Positions 58,170 through 64,000 of a stretch of DNA of 64,000 nt are shown here, piece by piece. The notes under the pieces were generated by a model. It was not told the DNA's origin, made no database searches, and saw nothing but the letters and a program-made list of their open reading frames with translations. How positions within the stretch are numbered: position 1 is the stretch's first letter; the number at the start of each line of letters is the position of its first letter. This stretch comes from Cytophagales bacterium (lineage in GTDB: Bacteria > Bacteroidota > Bacteroidia > Cytophagales > UBA9547), in contig JANRIG010000036.1 in assembly GCA_033765235.1 (NCBI GenBank), positions 139,558-203,557 on the forward strand. The letters are read 5' to 3'. The position numbers were made by a program, and so were the translations under genes.

Positions 58170-59773
58170 TAAAAAGATTTTTTGCAAGACATATATTATG
58201 GGTAGCAGCAATAGCAATATGGGTATTATTCGAGATAATACTTAACCCTACCGGCTACTTCCCGCTCAACGACGATTGGTCATACACCTTACCTATATAT
58301 TACATGAGTATGGGCAAGCCGTTTATATTGGTAGATTGGGGTGCTATGACATTGATAGCACAGATAGCATGGGGATGGATTATCACTACCATTTTTGGTT
58401 TTTCATTTGTATATTTAAGGCTTTCGGTAGCATTTGTTGGCATAGTTGGGTGTGTGTATCTGTATAAAATACTTATGATTTACACACACAATAAGAGGTG
58501 GAGTACACTTGGAGCAGCGATATTACTATTCAACCCGTTTTATTTTTCGCTATCCAATACATTTATGACTGAGGTGCCATTTACAGTATGCTTCATCATT
58601 TCATTATATTATTTTTTACGATACGTGTACACCAATCAATATCTGTATTTGGTGGTATGTACTATTTTTTGTGTAATGGCAGTAATGATACGCCAAATAG
58701 GTATATATTTTACCTTGCCTTACACCCTATATTTATTGATACACTATAAAAAATATAAATTATGGTCAATAGCACCATTTACAATATCTTTTTTGGCAAT
58801 TAAGATTTTTGAATATTGGCTGAGCACTTCGGGCTTGCACCTTACCTACTACCAACCCCTGTCCAAAGCAGGTATGAGTCCGGATTGGGTTATCAACAAT
58901 TATTTTTCATTTATAGTACGTATAGGTGTCACATTTTATTGGATTGGCTTATTCTGCCTACCCATAAATATACCCTTGGCAATATCAAATATTAAGACTT
59001 TTGATAAATCTAAAATTATCTATTTTCTTATATCATTCATACCATTGGCGCTCACCTGTACACGCAACTTTGACGAAATACCTACATGGGGTATATTTTA
59101 CAATTACGGGATTGGGTCTCTCACCCTGCCTGATCTTATTTCATTAGGAGTTAGTTGTAATGCAAGAGGAGGTTTTGGTTATTTATTTGCTACCAAATGT
59201 GTATGCTTGGCAGGGTCATTGATTTTGGTATTTAATATCAGTATGTATATAGCCAAACACCTGCGTAATATGCTGCCCGTAGAAATAGTATGTATGAGCT
59301 CATTTATCTTATATTCTGCATTGTTCATAGTATTTGATATGTTTTTTGATAGATATATAGTGCCAATAATCCCATTATTTATCATACTTATTATACTTAA
59401 TATTTACAAAAATGAAGTAAAAATTCCATCATACAGTATAGCAATATTAATGGTAATAGCCATATGGGGGCTGGCTGCATGTATAGACTATCATAAGTGG
59501 AACAGGCTAAGATGGCAAGCCATAGATTATCTTGAAAATGTACTGCAAATACCTGTATCAGATATACATGGAGGTTTTGAATATGTAGGTTGGAAATATT
59601 ATGACCCGGCAAGACAAAATGATTGGGAGCGCTACTTTTGGCATCCTACACAAACATACTTGATAACCACACAAGATATAGAAGGCTATAATACTATCAA
59701 AAAATACCCTTATACCCGATTGCTAACCATGCAAAATGATAGTATTTGTATAATAAAAAAGACGAAGCAATAA
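58166..59773 (+). CDS. GT-C fold (GT39/ArnT-like) membrane glycosyltransferase
   Basis: FPLNDDWSY acidic loop, SNTFMTEVPF, RQIG, DRYIVP, about 13 TM helices. Confidence 0.75.
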   Translation: MIKRFFARHILWVAAIAIWVLFEIILNPTGYFPLNDDWSYTLPIYYMSMGKPFILVDWGAMTLIAQIAWGWIITTIFGFSFVYLRLSVAFVGIVGCVYLYKILMIYTHNKRWSTLGAAILLFNPFYFSLSNTFMTEVPFTVCFIISLYYFLRYVYTNQYLYLVVCTIFCVMAVMIRQIGIYFTLPYTLYLLIHYKKYKLWSIAPFTISFLAIKIFEYWLSTSGLHLTYYQPLSKAGMSPDWVINNYFSFIVRIGVTFYWIGLFCLPINIPLAISNIKTFDKSKIIYFLISFIPLALTCTRNFDEIPTWGIFYNYGIGSLTLPDLISLGVSCNARGGFGYLFATKCVCLAGSLILVFNISMYIAKHLRNMLPVEIVCMSSFILYSALFIVFDMFFDRYIVPIIPLFIILIILNIYKNEVKIPSYSIAILMVIAIWGLAACIDYHKWNRLRWQAIDYLENVLQIPVSDIHGGFEYVGWKYYDPARQNDWERYFWHPTQTYLITTQDIEGYNTIKKYPYTRLLTMQNDSICIIKKTKQ

Positions 59774-59819
59774 GAATATTACATCAGATATGCAAAATAT
59801 TGAAGATGTAGTCGGGTAA

Positions 59820-61139
59820 ATGAAATTAATGTCTAATTTTACACATAGTATGGCAGATAGAGTACTTGTTGTCGAAGATTTATGGAAACAATACAGGTTG
59901 GGAGCAATAGGCACAAGCACCATGAAAGATGATTTTGCTAAAATGTGGGCAAAATTAACTGGCAAAAAAGGCATTGACACACCATTAGCCGGCACCAATG
60001 ACAGGACATTGCAAAACAGCGATTATATATGGGCTTTGCAAGATATAAATTTTGAAGTGAAACAGGGCGAGGTGGTAGGCATTATAGGCAAAAATGGTGC
60101 AGGCAAAAGTACACTACTCAAGATACTATCCAAAGTCACAAACCCTACCAAAGGCATAATAAAGACCAAGGGGCGCATAGCCTCACTTTTAGAGGTTGGC
60201 ACCGGCTTTCACCCTGAGCTGTCGGGTAGAGATAATATATATTTGAACGGAGCAATATTGGGTATGAAAAAGCCATATATCAAATCTAAGTTTGATGAGA
60301 TAGTAGAATTTTCAGGTATTGGCAACTACATAGATACACCAGTAAAGCGTTATAGCTCAGGCATGTATGTAAGGTTGGCATTTGCGGTAGCCGCCCATTT
60401 GGAGCCTGAGATACTCATTATAGACGAAGTATTGGCAGTAGGTGATGCAGAATTTCAAAAAAAATGCCTTGGCAAAATGAAGGATGTAAGTGGCAAAGAA
60501 GGCAGAACAGTACTCTTTGTGAGCCATAATATGGGTGCTGTAAAAAATATTTGTAGTAGAGGAATAGTACTCTCAAACGGTACAATAAAAACAGACACTA
60601 ATGCCACAGAAGCAGTATCTGCTTATATGTCTGTCAATTATACCATACAAACGTCTGTCAATTATGTATTTGAAAATATTACTCCATTAGAAAACATTGT
60701 TTTTAGTGAAACAGTATTAAAAGATGAAAATGGCGAGATTAGGAGTCAATACCATAACTATGAGGTCATAAAATTTGAACTTTATTGTGAAGTATTGAAT
60801 AATTTTTCGGGTATGCGGGTGAATCTATCGGTCATCAATAATGAAGATATAGAGATATTTTGTAGCACAAATCAAAAAAAAATGCCTGAAACCCTCACTA
60901 AAGGCAAATACATATTCTCCGCACAAATTCCAGGAAATATATTTAATGAAGGTTTGTATCATGTGAAATTGAGTGCAGGCATTCCCGGCAAAACGACACT
61001 GTTAAAAGAATGTGTAGTACTCACATTTACTATCACAGGCAATAATTATGGCAGCAGCTACTATGGCGAAACCTGGAGCGGGCTCATATCGCCATTGATA
61101 ATTTGGGAGCATAATCAATCAACCAATGAACTTGTATAA
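59820..61139 (+). CDS. wzt: Polysaccharide ABC exporter ATP-binding subunit Wzt with C-terminal domain
   Basis: GKNGAGKST, LLEVGTGFHPELSGRDN, YSSGMYVRLAF, IDEVLAVGDAEFQKK, FVSH. Confidence 0.92.
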   Translation: MKLMSNFTHSMADRVLVVEDLWKQYRLGAIGTSTMKDDFAKMWAKLTGKKGIDTPLAGTNDRTLQNSDYIWALQDINFEVKQGEVVGIIGKNGAGKSTLLKILSKVTNPTKGIIKTKGRIASLLEVGTGFHPELSGRDNIYLNGAILGMKKPYIKSKFDEIVEFSGIGNYIDTPVKRYSSGMYVRLAFAVAAHLEPEILIIDEVLAVGDAEFQKKCLGKMKDVSGKEGRTVLFVSHNMGAVKNICSRGIVLSNGTIKTDTNATEAVSAYMSVNYTIQTSVNYVFENITPLENIVFSETVLKDENGEIRSQYHNYEVIKFELYCEVLNNFSGMRVNLSVINNEDIEIFCSTNQKKMPETLTKGKYIFSAQIPGNIFNEGLYHVKLSAGIPGKTTLLKECVVLTFTITGNNYGSSYYGETWSGLISPLIIWEHNQSTNELV

Positions 61140-61959
61140 ATACCTGAAATTTATCGCAAACCCCAAAAAGTACTATCATGCAAGTATTCACGAAAAGGTG
61201 AATAATGCCATAAAAAATGAGCTTAGGATGCAATCGGTAGATACAATCCTTGAAACAGACGTAGTAGTAGCCGGATATCCCAAATCAGGCAATACATGGT
61301 TTCAAAACATAATAACAGGTCTGTACTTTGGTATAGATCTTGATTATTGCAACTACAATCTTATATCCTCACTCTCTGTAGATATACATATAGACAAATA
61401 TTATAAAAGGTATGGCGATGTGGTATTTTTTAAAAGCCACTTGCAGCCTCAGCCCAATTACAAAAAGGCAATATTACTTATCAGAGACGGCAGAGATGTA
61501 ATGGTGTCATACTATCACCACCTCAAAAAATATGAAAATCCTAATATCACTTATGAAGATTTATTATCATCAAAAACTACATTTCTACCTTATGGTGCAT
61601 GGGATATACATGTAAATTCATGGCTTGATAATCCGTATAAAGCTGATATTTTGGTAATAAAGTATGAAGATATGCTGCTAAATACAATGACACAAGTAGA
61701 TAAAGTATGTACTTTTTTAAATATTGACAGACCACAATCTTTAAAAACAAAAGTAATACAGCAATCATCATTTGGTGAAATGAAAAACAGAGAGATAACA
61801 AAGGGATGGGGTAGCTATGAATCAAATCCTGATAAAACAAATACATTTGTAAGAAAGGGTATTAGCGGAAGCTATAAACAGGAATTTCCTGCACATTTAT
61901 TAAGTGATTATACCAATAAAATTTATCCTACATTGACAAAATTAGGTTATGAAGTATAG
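61126..61959 (+). CDS. PAPS-dependent sulfotransferase
   Basis: 5'-PSB YPKSGNTW, KSH, 3'-PB RDGRDVMVSYY, C-terminal RKG..G.YK. Confidence 0.88.
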   Translation: MNLYKYLKFIANPKKYYHASIHEKVNNAIKNELRMQSVDTILETDVVVAGYPKSGNTWFQNIITGLYFGIDLDYCNYNLISSLSVDIHIDKYYKRYGDVVFFKSHLQPQPNYKKAILLIRDGRDVMVSYYHHLKKYENPNITYEDLLSSKTTFLPYGAWDIHVNSWLDNPYKADILVIKYEDMLLNTMTQVDKVCTFLNIDRPQSLKTKVIQQSSFGEMKNREITKGWGSYESNPDKTNTFVRKGISGSYKQEFPAHLLSDYTNKIYPTLTKLGYEV

Positions 61960-62797
61960 AGAATATATAAAGAGATGGATGCCTCCCATCATAATTGACA
62001 CATACAGAAATATCAAGTATAAAAAAAATGAGCAAAATCATAAAAAATTGTGGAGTGGGAATTATGAAACATGGGACCAAGCTAAAGCACAATCTACAGG
62101 ATATGATGCTCAAATAATATTAGAAAAAGTAAAAAATAGCATGCTCCTAGTAAAAGCCGGTAAAGCTGTTTACGAGCGAGATAGTGTATTGTTTGATAAA
62201 ATACAATATTCATGGCCCACATTGGCTGCATTACTCAAGGTAGCAGGCGAATACGATGGAAATTTAAATGTATTAGACTTTGGAGGGTCATTGGGTAGCA
62301 CTTATTTTCAAAATAGAGATTTCTTTGCACATATAAAATCTTTGAACTGGTGTATAGTAGAGCAAAAAAATTTTGTTGAAGAAGGGAAAAAATATCTTGC
62401 AGACAATCAACTTAAATTTTACTATAATATAGAAGAATCAATTTCAGCACACAAGCCACACCTGTTATTACTATCCGGAGTTTTGCAATGTATTGATTTG
62501 CCATATGATTGGATATCAGGTTTTATGCAACATTCCATACCCTACATTGTAGTAGACCGTACAGCCTTTATATCAGCTGATAATGAAAGACTTACAGTTC
62601 AGAATGTACCAGAGCATATTTACAAAGCCTCATACCCCGCGTGGTTTTTTAATGAAAATAAATTTATACAAAGCTTTACTGCACAATATTCTTTGGTAGC
62701 AGATTTTGAAAGTGCATTTACACCACCTTATACTTTAGAAGATGGGGCAAATGTATATTGGAAAGGTTTTATTTTTAAATTAATAAATCATGCCTAA
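61949..62797 (+). CDS. Methyltransferase, TIGR04325-like
   Basis: VYERDSVLFD, VLDFGGSLGSTYFQ, IVEQ, Q.VP..IYKASYPAW. Confidence 0.83.
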   Translation: MKYREYIKRWMPPIIIDTYRNIKYKKNEQNHKKLWSGNYETWDQAKAQSTGYDAQIILEKVKNSMLLVKAGKAVYERDSVLFDKIQYSWPTLAALLKVAGEYDGNLNVLDFGGSLGSTYFQNRDFFAHIKSLNWCIVEQKNFVEEGKKYLADNQLKFYYNIEESISAHKPHLLLLSGVLQCIDLPYDWISGFMQHSIPYIVVDRTAFISADNERLTVQNVPEHIYKASYPAWFFNENKFIQSFTAQYSLVADFESAFTPPYTLEDGANVYWKGFIFKLINHA

Positions 62798-63650
62798 ACT
62801 ACCTTATCTCAATCTTGGATGTGGCTATAGGTTTCATAATGAGTGGACTAACATTGATTTTACTTCTACCGGTGAGGGAGTAATTGCCCACAACCTTCTA
62901 CAACCTTTTCCATTTGAAAATGATAGTTTTGAAGTAGTATATCATTCGCATGTACTTGAGCACATACCCTCAAATAAGGCAAAAGCATTCATAAATGAAT
63001 GCTTTAGAGTACTAAAACCGAATGGTATAATACGAATAGCTGTGCCAGATTTGGAACAAATAGCTAAAAATTATACATCGAGCCTTAACCAAGTATTACT
63101 CGACCCAACAGATATTTATAAACAAAGCAGGTATGATTGGAATATGCTCGAAATGTATGACCAAGCTGTAAGAAATACATCAGGTGGTGAGATGATGAGA
63201 TACTTGTGCAGAAATGAAATAGATAAAGAATACATTATACAAAGATGTGGTCAAGAAGTAATTGATATTTTGAATAAATTACAAAAACATCCTATCTCAT
63301 ATGATATTGATATGCCCAAGATTGAAAAAATAAATTATATCAAAGAAATATATAGACTTATAAAATACCCTCAAAAAAGAGAAAGGTTAATAAAAATATT
63401 ACTTGGTCACGAATACGAAGCACTCAAAATAGGTAGGTTCAGACTTGGAGGAGAAATACACCAATGGATGTATGACAGGTATTCAATTTCCAACTTATTA
63501 ACCAACTGTGGGTTTAGCAATTTCACTGTAAAAACAGCTTATGAAAGCAACATACCTGAATGGAATAAATATAAACTTGAAGTTACTAACGACAATAAAG
63601 TGAATAAACCTGACTCGCTTTTTGTTGAAGCCTTCAAAAAAATTATATGA
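62790..63650 (+). CDS. Class I SAM-dependent methyltransferase (type 11-like)
   Basis: LNLGCG, VYHSHVLEH, RVLKPNGIIRIAVPDLE, GEIHQWMYD, KPDSLFVEA. Confidence 0.85.
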   Translation: MPKLPYLNLGCGYRFHNEWTNIDFTSTGEGVIAHNLLQPFPFENDSFEVVYHSHVLEHIPSNKAKAFINECFRVLKPNGIIRIAVPDLEQIAKNYTSSLNQVLLDPTDIYKQSRYDWNMLEMYDQAVRNTSGGEMMRYLCRNEIDKEYIIQRCGQEVIDILNKLQKHPISYDIDMPKIEKINYIKEIYRLIKYPQKRERLIKILLGHEYEALKIGRFRLGGEIHQWMYDRYSISNLLTNCGFSNFTVKTAYESNIPEWNKYKLEVTNDNKVNKPDSLFVEAFKKII

Positions 63651-64000
63651 AGCATTACCATTTTGCTACACTGTTTGATATTAACTATCTGTCCAGAGGA
63701 CTGGTGCTTTATGAATCATTGTCAAGTGTGCTATCTCAATTTACTTTGTATGTACTGTGCCTTGATGAGCATACATTTGATGCGTTAGCTCAAAAGTATA
63801 CTAATGTAAAGTGTATAACTTTGACTGCCATAGAAGCATTTGAGCCTAAACTCTTAGATGTAAAGCCCTCTCGCAACCGTGCCGAATATATATTTACGCT
63901 GAGCCCAATATTGCCTTTGTATTTATTAGAAGAGTATAAAAATATTGATATAATAACTACCCTCGATGCTGATATATATTTTTATTGCTCACCGGTACCA
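63647..64000 (+). CDS. Glycosyltransferase, N-terminal part (3'-truncated by the window edge); absent from the ORF track
   Basis: ATGA overlap; frame reads MKHYHFATLFDINYLSRGLVLYESL...EYIFTLSP...ITTLDADIYFY (DxD). Confidence 0.72.
   Translation, partial: MKHYHFATLFDINYLSRGLVLYESLSSVLSQFTLYVLCLDEHTFDALAQKYTNVKCITLTAIEAFEPKLLDVKPSRNRAEYIFTLSPILPLYLLEEYKNIDIITTLDADIYFYCSPVP

Noticed and set aside
59773-59819. Remnant of wzm upstream of wzt (short MQNIEDVVG frame)
   Set aside because: Only nine codons with no convincing similarity to a permease C-terminus.

Overview
A 64-kb, AT-rich (roughly 35% GC by eye) chromosomal segment of a Bacteroidota bacterium, most likely Cytophagales. The call rests on gldF/gldG, a PorE-like T9SS protein, a T9SS C-terminal domain, TAnnTTTG promoters and Gln-exposing signal peptides. 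Housekeeping genes (pyrG, folP, cdaA, nuoC, tRNA-Glu, sufS, mltG, cysN, fbaB, accD, manA, coaD) alternate with accessory blocks. These are an ADP-ribosylglycohydrolase-fold lipoprotein plus GH35 pair, a LytS/LytTR system with its TonB-dependent receptor target, and a 2865-aa T9SS-secreted propeller/LamG/Ig protein. There is also a GH2 beta-mannosidase, an 8-gene carotenoid glycoside-ester cluster and the start of a sulfated/methylated surface-glycan locus. No intact transposon, prophage, rRNA or CRISPR array was seen. Two observations stand out. (1) A 7TM-DISM membrane sensor carries, as its cytoplasmic output, what looks like the Zn-ribbon/HTH DNA-binding region of an IS1595 transposase without the DDE domain. 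(2) A full-length aspartokinase-like protein has its kinase motifs systematically degenerate while its ACT regulatory domains are intact (candidate pseudoenzyme sensor). Also notable are a matching pair of 21-bp-period direct-repeat operators that would define the LytTR regulon, an overlapping double-hairpin intergenic element, and strong GATC avoidance. All family assignments are from motif recognition, not database searches.
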